Assembly (NCBI RefSeq): GCF_000143415.4 | Contig: NW_003314272.1 | Location: 592,184 to 656,183, forward strand | Reading direction: 5' to 3' | DNA length: 64,000 nt | DNA from: Selaginella moellendorffii | Taxonomy: Eukaryota > Plantae > Lycopodiophyta | Part shown: in pieces, positions 26,661 through 39,878 of the stretch | How positions within the stretch are numbered: the stretch's first letter is position 1 | Layout of the letters: each line of letters opens with the position of its first letter | Notes under the pieces: generated by a model | What the model was told of the DNA's origin: nothing | What the model saw: the letters and a program-made list of their open reading frames with translations, nothing else | Database searches by the model: none | Position numbers and translations under genes: made by a program

Positions 26661-29523
26661 ATGACTGTGGCGAGGGCGAGCAGCGGCGCTTCCGGGGCCA
26701 GCGAAGCAGCGGGAGGTATGGCGGCGCCCTCTACTGCTGCTGCTGCTTCCACAATTCCGTCCAGCGCGCGTAAGATGGTCCAGAGCATCAAGGAGATCGC
26801 CGTCGAGCGCAGCGACGATGAGATCTATGCGATGCTCAAGGAGTGCGGGATGGACCTCAATGAGGCCGTCCAGCGCCTCTTGAATCAAGGTATGGGACTC
26901 GGTTTGTGGGTGACTTTGTGCCAAAACTTGGTTTTTCCTTTTTTGTTTGTATGTAGACACTTTCCATGAAGTCAAGCGGAAGCGCGATAAGAAGAGAGAG
27001 GTATGTGGTTCCTTTTACTTGTCTAAGGTGTCAGCGTGCTGACTCTCTTCTCTAAATGTTTTAGAACAAGGATGGCTCGTCCGATATCAAGCCTGCTAGA
27101 GGTCCTAGCTCGTCCGCCAGAGGGGGTCGCTATGGTCGTGGAGGTTCTAGATACGGTACAGGTTTTTCTTTCAGATTTCAGTGTTGTGAGCTCAACCTTT
27201 GTCTGTAGAGCCTAGCGGAGGTGGTCGTGGCCGGGGTGCTCCGAGAGAGAATGGATATTATCCCAAGTCTTCCGGCCCTCAAGAGGCTCCACCATCGGCA
27301 GTGCCGCCAAAATTGCCGAGTGGTCAAGCAAGGTAGTGCTTTTGCAGGTCTTTTTCAGATAGTTACAGTTTTTTTTTTCTTGTCTGTGCAGCAACCCAAC
27401 TCCAGCACCGGCAGCGCACAACGAGCAAGCAGCTTACCATCGCCCATCTCTCAGCGGTGGTGCTCGTCCAACTATCGCGGAGATCTTGAAGTCGTCGACA
27501 ATGCAGACCGCTGTCCAACCTCCTAGGCCTCCAATGAGCAGCGATCCTGTTGCACTTGAGCCTGGGATCACCAAGAGAGACGTTGGTGTGGTTGGAAATC
27601 AGCGGTCTTCGAACGAGGTTGGCGACATGGAACCCCCTCTGCCGGGTGACTATGTTTCTGACGAGCAAGCACCACTTCCAGACGGGCATCCTGGAATATC
27701 GTCGACTTCTTCTGCAACCGATTCTTCGCCGCCACCTCGTGCCACGTACTCCAGCAGCAGGCACCAGGCACCTGTTGGTTCTCAAAAACGTAAGCTCTGA
27801 TCTTTGCCATGGCTTTCTACTAATCAGTCCGACGTTCCTTTCAGCTGGTGTACTTCAGGAATGGAAAGTAAAGCCGAGCTCTACCGTGCCTTCTGTTGCC
27901 ACCGACACCTATACGTCTGATTTTCAGAGGGCTCCGGCTCCAGCTACGACGTCTAAGTTCGAGGACAAGGAGGACCAGTCCGTGATCATACATAACCAGT
28001 TTCTCGCTTCTGCAGACCTCAACTTAAATTTTGGGAGCTTAACCTTTGGGTCCGATGAGGATTCTCTAACACACAAGCCGTCTGCAGTGGAGGACGAGCC
28101 TGAGGGCATAGAAGAAGAAGAAGAAGAGCCTGATGATCAACCTTCTCCGAGGTTTGCAATCACTTTCCGTTTAATGGATTTACTAATAGAAGTCTGGTGA
28201 CAGTACTGCTTCAAATCCTGCAGCTCAAAACTACGACCTTCCGCAAACATCTGCGATGGCTGATAGTCTTCCTTCGAACAGCGAAGTTACTGCAGTCAGC
28301 ATTGCGGTCCCAGCAGTGTCTCATTCGGAGCTCTCGAAACCCGACTCTTCCGTGCAAAGCTCTCATTATCCATACTTGCCAACGGCCTATTCTGGATTCG
28401 GATTGATGGCTCAACCTGGAACGCAGTATCCGTACGAGTCATCCGATTCTCAACTTTCGGATGGATCTCGTTTTTCAAGCTTGCATCAGCATTATTCGGA
28501 TCCAACTGCAAGCTACTACACTCCTGCGTATAGGCCCAACGTCGAGACTGATATGCGGTACCCGCTTATGACATCTAAGGCGGCTGCAGCTAAATACAGC
28601 ACTAGTATGACATCCGTAGCGTCGTTAGCGTCCTCAGAGGTACAGGGTTTACCTTTTTCTTGTCACTAGCTTCTAACGTTCCATTCACAGAGTGGGAATT
28701 CTGGTAGTTCTCTTGCGCAAACATCTCAGCCAACTAGCGGCCAGTCGGTTCCGAGTTTGCCGCACCAGCCTCTGCCACTTCATGCTTATTCGGCGCAGCC
28801 AAGTTTGCACCTGGGATACAACATGTTTAACTACCCGTATCTCCATCAAAGTGTTCCCTACATGCACGCGCCGTACCAGCACAGCTTTGCGGGGAATAGT
28901 GCGTACCCTCAACCTCCGGCTGGAAGCAACTATCCGCCTACAAACAACTATCCTACTGCCGCTGCCAAGTATCCAATGGCTCAGTACAAGCCCGTCACGG
29001 CGACAGCGAGTACAATCCACTCTGCTTCGGCAGCCGGGTACGCCGGGTATACATCCTCTCCGGCCGGCTACGCGACCAACCCGATGGTAACACTCGGCCC
29101 AGCCTCTCTAAGTTATGACGAAGCCGCGCTATCGCAGTACAAGGACAGCAATGTTTACATCCAAAGTCAACAGGTGAGTTTGTGGTTGCTTTCGTCGTAG
29201 AGATGGAGAGATGGAGAGATGGAGTCAGCATTAATTGGTTTGCTAACGTTGGTCTTGCCTTTCAGGGCGAAGGCTTTTCCCGGGAATCTTTCTACAACAT
29301 TCCGAGTCAAAGCCAATACACTGCGTATGCCCAGCAGCACCACGGACATCCGACGACTGCTTATGGTAGCCTGTACCATCCGACGCAGTCCGTCCCGGCT
29401 CCAAACTCTCACCAGATGCTTCAGCAGCCGCAGACTTTGGCCACGGCCGGATCCCAGGGTGCTGCTGCCGCTGCCGCGGCTTATGGCCAGCAGCCTCAAC
29501 GTGGGTGGAACAATAGCTACTGA
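26661..29523 (+). CDS. GIP1: GBF-interacting protein 1-like (DUF1296, N-terminal UBA-like domain)
   Basis: RKMVQSIKEI...SDDEIYAMLKECGMDLNEAVQRLLNQ/DTFHEVKRKRDKK, EWKVKP, LNFGS, and a P/Y/Q-rich C-terminus with QYKDSNVY. Confidence 0.88.
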
Positions 29524-30097
29524 GCAACAGGGGGGAGGAGGAGCGCGTTTTCTGTGTTCTCCATAACAACAGGTACTCTTTTGGTGTCTCCTGTTACTGA
29601 GGTTTGTATAAGATCACATATAGCGGAAACTGAGTGAAGAGTTGTGGCTCGAAGGGGAAAGTGTATATAACAACAACAGGGCTTTTGCCGGGCTTTTTTT
29701 ATTGGGGACTCTTTGGATCAGATCAGATCAGACTTTGAGTGGCGGGTTTTTTTATACTTCTGTAGTCTTTCCGGCTAGACGGATGGACACTGGTAAAAAT
29801 GTTATCCTTTGTACCAGAGTTCCGAGAAGAAAAGCAGTTCTTTCTCTATTTTCTCCGCGAGAGACAACGTCGTTCTGTTTATTACCAAGAGCCAACCAGT
29901 ATACACAGTTGAGCAGAGGCTCCGAAATTACAACAACAAAAAAAGAGGGGGACTAAGACTTGGGACGAAGGAACACAGTGCTGGAAGATCTTTGATCCAT
30001 CAACACCGGGAGGCTCGATACTTTTTCTTCTACTAGTACTCGACAACTGGGAGAGAGGTACTTGGTATTTTTGGATTGGAGAGAGCTGCTGCTGCTA

Positions 30098-31659
30098 CTA
30101 AGCCCAATCCCACCAGGAAGCCCAGTTGCCTTGCTCCTCCTCGGCAGCCGTTCCAAACAAGCAGTTGTACGAAGCGTCATCCTCGAGGCCCCGGAGAGCA
30201 TCGTCGTCGTCGAGCTTGTACGGGAAAGCCACCGGTTCCTCCTTTACCGGAGGAGCTTGTTCTTCGTCCTCCGCTGGATGCTGCGGAGCTAGCGGTGATA
30301 ATTTGTGAGCTCTGGCCGGTGGTGGCGGCGGCGCTGGCGGTACTGGATGCGGACTAAACGCGTCCAAGACATCAGAGTTATAGCCGTCGGAGGATGATAG
30401 CGGCGACTCCTTGAATTTGGAGGAGACAACCGTGGGAGAGTCTGGAGTGGTACACACCTGATCGTCGACATCCTCCACTACTCCGCTGCTCTTGTTATTC
30501 TTGGCCATGGTGGCGACGAGCAGCAGCGGCTTGGGTGGCTTGTCCGTGGTAGTAGTAGCAGCCGCCGCCGCCGATCCCGAGTCCTCGTCCATATCTTCCT
30601 CGTTGCGATCTTCATCATTGTCGTCATCATCTTCATCCGGCTTCTTCTCGTGATCGCCATCCACGAGCTTCTTGTCGCTCAGCTGCGATCACAGCACAGT
30701 TCCAAAGTTTTGAGACAACGAACAAAGGAAGAACATCGGTGGTGGTGCTGATGAATCATCAGGAAAACAGACAAGAAAGAACAGTGGTGGTGATGAATCA
30801 TCAGGAAAACAAAGCATCGGTGGTGGTGGCGGTGGTGGTGGTGGTGGTGATGAAGATCATCGACTTACTTGAGCTTTGAGCCGCTTGTTCTCCTCCGCCA
30901 GGGACTCGTACGCCGCCTTGAGAACGTCGTAGTCCTTCTCCAGTTGCTTCGTCTTCCAGCGGGCTCGCCGGTTCTGGAACCACACCGCGACTTGCCGGGG
31001 CTGCAGCCCGAGCTCCTGCGCCAGCTGCATCTTCCGCACGGGCTCCAGCCGGTTCTCGGTCTCAAAGCTCAGCTCCAGGGACCGGACTTGCTCCACGCTC
31101 AGCCGCCGCTTCTTCTCCGGGAATCCTCCGCCACCGCTCGACCCCCCGCCGCCGGTGCTGCCATCGTCCGCGACCTCCCCGTCGCCGGTCTCATCCAGCG
31201 AATCCAACATTGTAGGGTAGAGGGGCCGCTTGGAAGTCAGTGGCGGTGCTGGTGGAGGCGGTGGCGGTGGTGGCGAGGCCGAGCTATGGTGGTGGTGGTG
31301 TTGCAGGCCTGCCACTGCTGGAAAAAAAAAGAACTTTTGGTTAAAGAGAGATAAGAACCATCGCCGGCATCGACAGCAAGAAGACCACCACCAACAAACA
31401 TTTCGTGGCAATCAATTGCGATCGACGAGCAATCCGGAAGGGGCCGACGAACGAGATCTCCAGGGACAGCGTAAAAACGAAGAGATCTCTTTCAACAGGA
31501 GGGAGAGCAAGAGAGAGATTTCTAGCGATGGGAACTTTTACCTCCTCGAAGCCCGAGCATCGCCACCAAGCTGGAGCTTTCGCCATGCTGCTGCTCAATT
31601 GCTCCGCTTCTCAGCATCGCCGCTGCGGCGGTGGAGGAGTGATCGCTCCAAGCTGCCAT
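30098..31659 (-). CDS. Class I homeodomain-leucine zipper (HD-Zip I) transcription factor
   Basis: Exons 31659-31542, 31317(or 31314; NAGNAG)-30869, 30682-30098. [19 protein letters not shown]...[28 protein letters not shown]. Trp-rich C-terminal AHA-like motif WASWWDWA. Confidence 0.95.
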
Positions 31660-34600
31660 TTTGATCCGGTGATGGGGGAGCGGGAGTTTAGCTTTCTGAG
31701 AGGAGACGGGGACGCGAGATTTTCAGGGAGACCGACACGAGGGCGACGACGATCTGTGGAGCCAGAAGCTAGAATCACCACCAACAACAAGAGCAAATTG
31801 TCAACCGAGGGAACGATCGAAGGACAGCGAAGAAAAAAAAAGAGAGATTTTTGGAACGAAACGATCGGGGATCAAAGGCCAGAGTTTCTCATTCCCTCCC
31901 AACTAGCGACCAGAAGTGGAAGAACAGTGAAGAGAGAAGACGAAGAACAAGGAGAGGAAGAACAAAGAGGAGATTTTCAGATGGCGGGTGTTAGCTGGGA
32001 GGGAAGTAGCGGGCGAACCAGCAGAGCAATCGACCAATGTCTTGGACGAGCGAGCAGCCATAGACTGACGAATCTAGCAGCAGTGAGCGGCCAAAGTCAT
32101 CGTGTCGGGGCAGCAGCATCATATACGAAAAAGGAGGATTTTTGGCAGAGGAGGAGACAACGAGAGAGCGCACAAGAAATCGATGGCTACTTCATCGGAC
32201 TCGAGAGAATCAAAGACGTGGGAAGAAGGGCAATTCAAGGGCGAGCTTTTAAGTTAGCTACCCGGCGGCATCGTCATCGTCGCTGCTCTTGCTCGTCTTC
32301 ATTCAGGAAATCCGTGGAGGAAGGATTGACGCCCAAAAATTCTTTGTGTCTCTCTCTCTCGCTTTGAATCGCTCCAGAGAAAATCGCTCGCTAGGCTTTT
32401 GGCTCTTGAAGAAGAAAGAATTCCAAGAATGTGGATGGCCATAGCATCGTCCATGCACATACATGGCATGGATGGCATGGCTTTCCTAAAATAGTACTGG
32501 CGCGTTGGACGGTCTCGAACCCCGGTCTCGAACCCCGGATAGGTAGGGTGGTTTTGGTTTCTAGTGATTATTTAGGGCTAGGTTTAAGCAAGGCGCGCGC
32601 GACGAGAGGGAGGCGACGAGCGATGGAGCGGCGCTTTTCTCAGGTCAGAGAGCGTCAAAATCTCTGGGATTCATACAAAGAGAGCGAGCTACATTTTCCT
32701 GTTTGTAGTGTTCTTCCCTTTTTTTTTTCGTTATTTGGCGCTGGCGCCCTCCCGTTCGTCGTCGTCTGCTGATCCCACAGTTGAGTCTCCAGAGTTTGCG
32801 TACCTTTGCAAGAAAAGGGATGCGTGGCCGTGTTGGCCGTGGGGAAAATTGAAGTCTATTCGCCCCACGAAGGGATGAGAGAAAAAAAAAAACTATATTG
32901 GTTGTTTTTTTCGGTTTTTGGACTTTTGGAAATTCTTTTTTCTCTGGCTGCTGCTGCAGCAGCTGGTTCCTGGCTGCTACAGATTGATGACAGTCGATTT
33001 GGTTCGCTGCAATGTGGGTGAAAATTCAACCTGTTTGTATCTGTGAGGATTCGATCACAGTTTTTAGTGGAGTAGTAGCTAGTAGCAGCAGCAGAGCAGG
33101 AAAAACAAAGAGATGGATTGGATTTATTAGCTGGCGAGCTTGGATTTGGGAGGAATTCGACACAAGAGCAGAAAGAGTAGAAATGGAAAAGTCCACCACC
33201 ACTTTGAGCATCTCGCAAGCCCGTAGCTACTTCACGAAACTCCACCACCATGACCACCACGACCACCAGCAAAGCGAAGCGCGCAGAAACCAACAAAAGA
33301 GGCCACCAGCAGATAGTTAGTGCACTCAGGACCACACTGTAAGTGGCCTCTTTTTCTCTTTTCTTTTCTTACTTTTGTTTTTCTTTCAGCTTGTCAGCGG
33401 GTCTCTCGACTTCCCTTTCTTCCTCCTAAGGTAGCAGCCGCGCCAGTGTCATCAAGCAGCGAGGGTGAGAGAGGGAAGCAGTGCAGCGATAGAGGCGAAA
33501 TCGTGTGACCGCGACACTGCCTCTCCGTTTGGTGGCGCCCCCGAAAGTGAGAGTTTGTATGGCTGGTGCTGTGGCTAGCGCTGGCCGGTGGCTGGCTTTT
33601 GAAAGTTTTGAAGATCTGGAATCCTCGCTGCTGCTGCGACCACCACTGCTTCGTATCTCGGATCCTCGACACAGGAAAGTGGGATCTTACGACCGAGGGA
33701 AAGGCGAAAGCACCGGAAGTTGATGACGCCCGGGAAGGAGTTATGGCGGGATGGATACGTGGTTAAAACAAGTTAACCGGAAGAGTACAAAAGCCGAAAC
33801 AGGGATTGAACAGGTCGGTCCCCAGTGAAAGCTGCCCGCGCGGCCTTTTGTCCGCTTGGACGTTTTGTCTTTGCTGTGGGGCCTTCCGAGCAATGGCTGC
33901 TGCCGCGCAGTTTTGTGGTGGTGGTCACTGGTAGACACTCAATCGCTTGCGGTTTGTAGCGAGGACGATGATGATCAACGCAAGGAGCCCATTTGACAAA
34001 ACTAGCCAATCATTCCCGTGCACGCACACCTCTGGTAAGCTTTTTCTTTGTTTTCTTCTCCTTTTTTTTATAATTTTGTTCTTCCGTATTCTCATCTCAG
34101 TGTTTTGTTTTTTTTTTCCCTCTGTTTTACACTTTTCTTGTTTGTTTTTGTCATTGGCATGCACACTTCCACCGGTTCTTTAGGCAGTGTGATAGAATTG
34201 GCGCCTGCAAATCTTGGGATCCTCGAAAAGGATGTTAAGTATCCGTTTCCTTATTTTATGAGCTTAACGCAACGCAGCACTGCAAAACGCAAAACGCAAA
34301 CGCAGGAAAGAGAGCTCGACTCGTGAGGTGCGCATTTCTTACAGTTTTTTCCTCGGTGTTTAAGGATTAAAGAAAATGAGATCTTGACCTTCAAACCTGC
34401 AGGAAGGACACCCCGGAGTTTGTGTAACTTCTTCTACACATAATCTATTTTCAAAGTGATATCACATCACGTGGATCTAATAAACAACACAATATCAGGA
34501 GTACTCGAGTGTGCCAAGACCAACCCGGGCAAGCTACAAAACAGGTAGTCCTTTCGTCTCCATTGTTTTACTTTTTTACATCCGTGCTCGTTCACTCCGT

Positions 34601-35628
34601 AGAAACCCAACAGAAACCAATTTTGGAGAACAGATTCGCAAGTTGCAGCTGCGCGACAAGGTGAATTCAATACGCGTGCATCGCTCCTTCCTTTGTCTGG
34701 CCAGCTTTCCTTTTGTATATATCGCAATTGTCTCTGTTTTGGAATTGCTTGCTTGAAGAACCGAGTCCTTCTGACACACATTAAACTTTGGCAAATGTTT
34801 TCTCTTTTTTCTAACAGTCGGGGTGGCCTTCAGGACCATCTGTGTGGCGTCCACGGGCGATCGATGTCTGACAACGAAAGAAAAAGAGAAAAGAAATGGA
34901 GAAGCAGACAACATTGAAAAGTTGGACCATTGAGAAAAATTCCCTATGGCGAATGCACGCAAGCTGTAAGTAAATATTCGCTTTCCTACTTTTCCCCTTT
35001 GTTTTTCTAACAGATGCCTCGCCTTTACTGCAGGTTCGGGGTGGTCTCCGTGAAAAAACGAAATCCGTATGATGCGAGAAGAGAACGATCGCCAGATTCA
35101 GTGCTCCCTCGCTTCCTTGGAAACTCTCGCTTTGCATCACAAACTACGATAAATTCTGTGGAAACTCGAAGTAACTCGAGAGGTAAGAAGCTTTGCGATT
35201 GAAAACCTAGACTCTGAACTTTCACTTCGCTTCGAGAAACCATACAAAAAAAGAAAGGAGGAAAAGCCAAGAACAAACTGCACGGCTTTGCGTGGGCCAT
35301 TTTACATCTTACACCTTGTCAAAAAGCTGCAAAAGCAAATTCACAGTGGTGGGAGATATCTTTGCTTCTCCACACTCCTGGAGAATAAAAAGCGGAATTT
35401 TCCATCAAAATCCTATGTTTTCTCCCGTCAATGTACCTTTTGAGTGGAATCTGTGTGATGAAAAGAAAAGCTGCCTTCCACTCAACTCCGCCAGTACGTT
35501 TAACAAAACCTAAAAGGTTCTGCCCTAAGTCAATGCAATGTCAACGGTCAGCTGCTTTTGTGTGATGCCAGGTGGCACTTTCAAATCCACAAGCTTTTAG
35601 GGTTTATGCGCGACGCGAGCGAGCGAGC

Positions 35629-38600
35629 ATGGCAGCGGCGGCAGCAGGCGCGGCAGTCTCCGCAGAGCCAGGTCCGCTATGCTCCCAATTCTCCTACATT
35701 TCTAGCACAGCGAGCGCCGCAAGGTCGGTGCTGCCGCTGCTCGCGCCAAGAATTTCGATCGCGCCCGTGCAGGAACTCGAATGCAGGCCTAGCTCCTGCC
35801 TCCGGTAAGCTGGAATTGGTAGCCGTGGTGAAATTCTCGCGAATTGATTCTTCCCATGTAGCGCGAGTAGATGTCGTGTCGTCCCTAGAGCCAAATCCAG
35901 TGTGGACAGTGACGAGCAGCTCACTGTTGAGGTTCTTGGAGATGAGGGACACACGTTTGATCCATCCAGCGTTTCTTTCTCCACTGGTAAGCTCTAGCTT
36001 CCAAACTCTTTCTTTTCTTCCTGTTTACATCTTTTTAATCTCGTTGTGTTTTGGAAATTCAAGAGCGCTGGGAGGAGCTTGATACGAATGTTCTCGAGAT
36101 TATAGATTCCTCCTCCACGAATACTGCTGCTGGGATCACTGAGAACACCACAGTGATGAATTCTACGAGACCGCAACAACAGGAGCCTCCTACAAGAACA
36201 TCCAACGTTAAAAACCAGTGGCGCCCGATTTTCCAAGGTGGTGTCGAGAACTTGACCACGCAGGTGAAAGAGGCAGTCGAGAAGACTAGATCACAAGGAC
36301 ACAACTGGGCGCGGAACAGCAAAGTGGCTCAAGTTCTTCACAGTGATAAGAAAGTTATCTCCAAATGGACGATGGAAACAGCTCTTCCTGTAATCTCGGA
36401 AGCGCTTTTCCTGACGAGTTCTGCGGGTTCATCGACGGGTCCTGCAGAGAAACCAGTGTGGCAGGCACCTTCGTATCGTGGTACTATACTTTTATTTTCA
36501 CTGATGTCTCTTTTTGTGAGTTTTCTTTAGTATTTTCTGTACAGGGCTATCCGGTTGGGACATTGTCGCTGCTGATATCGCAACCATAAGACAGTATTTT
36601 GACAACGTAAAATTGCAGCTAGCTATCTGGAAGCTACCGCTGCAAGAAGCTTATGATCCTGAAGATCTCGCCGTCTATTTCAATGCAAGACCACATCTCT
36701 TGCTGTTCCGGGCTCTCGAGGTAATACCCTTATTTTTTACTGTAAAGCTCATTATTTCTGTTCAGGTTTCTGCAGCATTTAGCTATCTCTTCGTATGGTA
36801 CATGTTCGAAAAGAGCATCACGCCGTTGACAAAAAGAGAGCCGTCTTCTGAAGAGGAGAAAAAAAAACTGATGATGAAAACGGCTGAAATGTTTAAGCAA
36901 ACTGTTTTGAGGCTTGGCCCGACTTTCACAAAAGGTACTCTTCTGTTGATTATGCTAATACTTTCTACTAAATTTTCTTGTTAAACTAGTTGCTCAGTCG
37001 TTGTCAACAAGATCAGACTTGATAGGTCCGGAAACTGCACAGGTACATAAATGCACGCTGATAAGTTCGTCTGTTAGCTAATAAAATTCATAGAGCAGGT
37101 TTTGGGAGATCTACAAGATCGTCTGCCACCGTTTCCTAATGAAATGGCTTTGCTTCTAATGGAGCAAGAGCTTGGCCGCCCGATAAGCGAAGTGTTCTCC
37201 TATATATCGGAAGAACCCGTGGCAGCCGCTTCCCTTGGACAGGTCTGCTATTTCTGGTGGCATAATAGTTTTTCATTTCATGAAAATATCAGGTCTATAG
37301 AGGACGAACGAGGGACGGACAGGACGTGGCTGTGAAGGTTCAAAGGCCAAACATTTTTTATTCCGTCGCACGTGATGTTTATATCCTTCGCCTTGGGGTA
37401 AGCATATCGGTGCTGTTTTCTGGCTTGTAGCTGATTGTAGCACTCCTGCAGCTGGGGCTGGTACGTATGGTTGCGGGCATTAACAGTGATTTATCGGTTT
37501 TCGCTGACGAAGTTGGGAAGGGCCTGTACGGTGAATTGGACTACAGGCTTGAAGCACAGAACGCGTCTGCGTTTGCAGTGAGTGTGCAAATTTTCTTCTT
37601 CTCCTTTATACCTTGCTAATATTCATGCAATCCAGTTGGCGCTTACACCGAAGTTACCTTTCGTTGTGGTTCCAAGAGTCTTGCGTCACTTGACGACAAA
37701 GAAAGTGATGACAATGGAATGGATATCTGGTACTCGTCCAGTGGACCTTCGTAGAGTTGCGAAAGGACAGGACGCTGGGGCTACTCCAGAGCTTCGACTG
37801 GAAGCCACAGACCGTCTCTTGGAAATGGTAAAAGAAATGGATTGTAATGTCATGCACTGGTTTCTAAAGTCTTGTGCAGGTTAACAAGGGTGTGCAATCT
37901 TCTTTGACGCAGCTGCTTGATGTTGGTATATTGCATGCCGATCCACATCCTGGAAATATTATCTATACTCCGGACAACAGTATTGCGTACGAAATGTTTT
38001 AATATCTATTCACTGTGCATTCACTTTCAATTGCAGGTACCTCGATTTTGGACTGATTTGTCGAATGGAGAAAAAACATCAATACGCTATGATTGCGGCC
38101 ACTGCCCATCTTGTGAACGGGGATTGGAGTTTTTTAGTCGATGATTTGGCTGAAATGGACGTGGTGAAGCCTGGGACTAACCGGTTCCGGCTGAGATTGG
38201 TAAATACCCAAGGTTTGTTTTGCATATTGTTATTCACATTTTCTTTTGTTGCAGGCTCTCGAAGATTCGTTAAATGGATTCGTTGTTAAGAATGGTTTAC
38301 CAGATTTCAAGTTCAGTCAGGTCTGCATTTTTACGTAAATGGAATCTTTCATCTTATGCCTCGTCTTTCAGATTATAGCAAAATTGTTCGGTGTAGCTTT
38401 AAAGTTTCGGTTTCGTCTGCCAGCATACTATACTCTAATACTGCGCTCGATTGCTTCGCTAGAAGGTACGTTATCATCCATTACAGGAATGATAGACTAA
38501 AAAGTTCATCTCTGCAGGAATGGCACTGGCAGTCGACCCGAACTTTAAGGTTTTTACGAAAACATACCCGTTCGTGGTCAATCGTCTTCTTTCAGATAAT

Positions 38601-39324
38601 TCGGCTCCTATGAGACGAATCTTGCGAACGGTAATTTTCTTTGGAAAACTCTTGAGTCTGACGGTGAAAATCTCGCTTGTGCACAGCTGCTTCTTACAAA
38701 TAAAAAGGAGTTCCGTTGGAATCGTGTTGCATCTTTGACAAGCATTACTTCCACTGAGTAAGCAAAAGAATCCAACTCTTAGTTCACTTTTTTATCCTTT
38801 CTAGGCCGGCCGCATCGAATGCCACGACGAGTCTGGAGTCCACACTGTGCAAGCTTCTTCTGTCAAGCAACGGCGCCTCACTACGTCGGATCATCTTGGA
38901 AGCGGTTCGTAGTTTCACTTCTTTTCTCTCCAAGAATTAAACCTTCTGGGTTTTACAGGACACGAAATCACTGGCCCGCGCATTCGTCTCCAAGGAGGCG
39001 GCACCGGTGAGACTAAAGGTGGCCAAGCTTCTCGCCGACGCGTTTTACCTGCACGGCAAGAAGCTCTTGCAAGAACACGCGAGCGTCGAGATCGACGAGC
39101 GATCCAAATTGTCGTCTCCCATTGCAAGCACCAGGCAGCTGCAGTTTCTTCTGAGAGCACTCGTGGCGAGGCTGCAAAAGACTCCTCTACTCCTGCTAAG
39201 AGCCGGATGGACAACGGCGACGGTCATGGGCTGGGCTCTAGCCGCGGCCTTCCATCGACTGGCGGTGGGCATGAGCTACACATACCTGGAACCAGCCCCG
39301 AGTACCCGCGCTGCAACAGCATAA
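35629..39324 (+). CDS. ABC1K: ABC1/COQ8/UbiB atypical kinase (ABC1K family), probable plastid transit peptide, many short introns
   Basis: LGPTFTK, LQDRLPPFP, PVAAASLGQVY, VAVKVQRP, ELDYRLEA, HADPHPGN, YLDFGL and RSIASLEG motifs. Ala/Ser-rich N-terminus. Confidence 0.93.
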
Positions 39325-39878
39325 GAAGAGGCTGAGCGGGCTTATTATTTGTACTAGTAAAATTGCCCAGCAAATGCTGGGCGGTTGTTTGCAAAGTCTT
39401 CCACCATAGGAATTATTTCAGAAGAGCGCATGCAAGACTTTACCAAAATGGATCCACGCTTGATCTTCCAGAAGTTTGGACTTGACGTTGGAAGTTCCTT
39501 TTTAATCAGTTTCCAAGCATATGTTGTCCCCGATGGAGAAAATCTCACTTTTAGTCACTAAAAGAACATACACTTAAGGGTCCAGAGGAGTGAAGTTGTG
39601 ATCGTCGACCCCGGGGGATGCACTCTAAAGAGCCGACAGAAACAAAACCCTCTACCGCCGTCCAGCGCCCGCCATGAGATCCATGCCTGCGCCTGTCTAA
39701 ATCCACTTGATCGCTTGATCGCTTAGCATCCTTGATCTTGTCCCAAGAAAAATGGCCTAAAGTTTCAAGGGCGTGTGAAAAAGCCCTATAGATCCTGGGA
39801 AGTGAAAGGGTAGTGGCTGGGAAGATGATGTAGATCTGTTGCAAGGTGAGAATTTTCTGTGTTCTTCTCACTTAAAAG

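Noticed and set aside
31405-32367. 320-aa + strand ORF
   Set aside because: Antisense to the HD-Zip exon 1/leader; low-complexity purine-rich translation with no domain.
32437-32482. Small hairpin as a miRNA precursor
   Set aside because: Too short and imperfect; no conserved plant miRNA sequence recognised here or elsewhere in the window.
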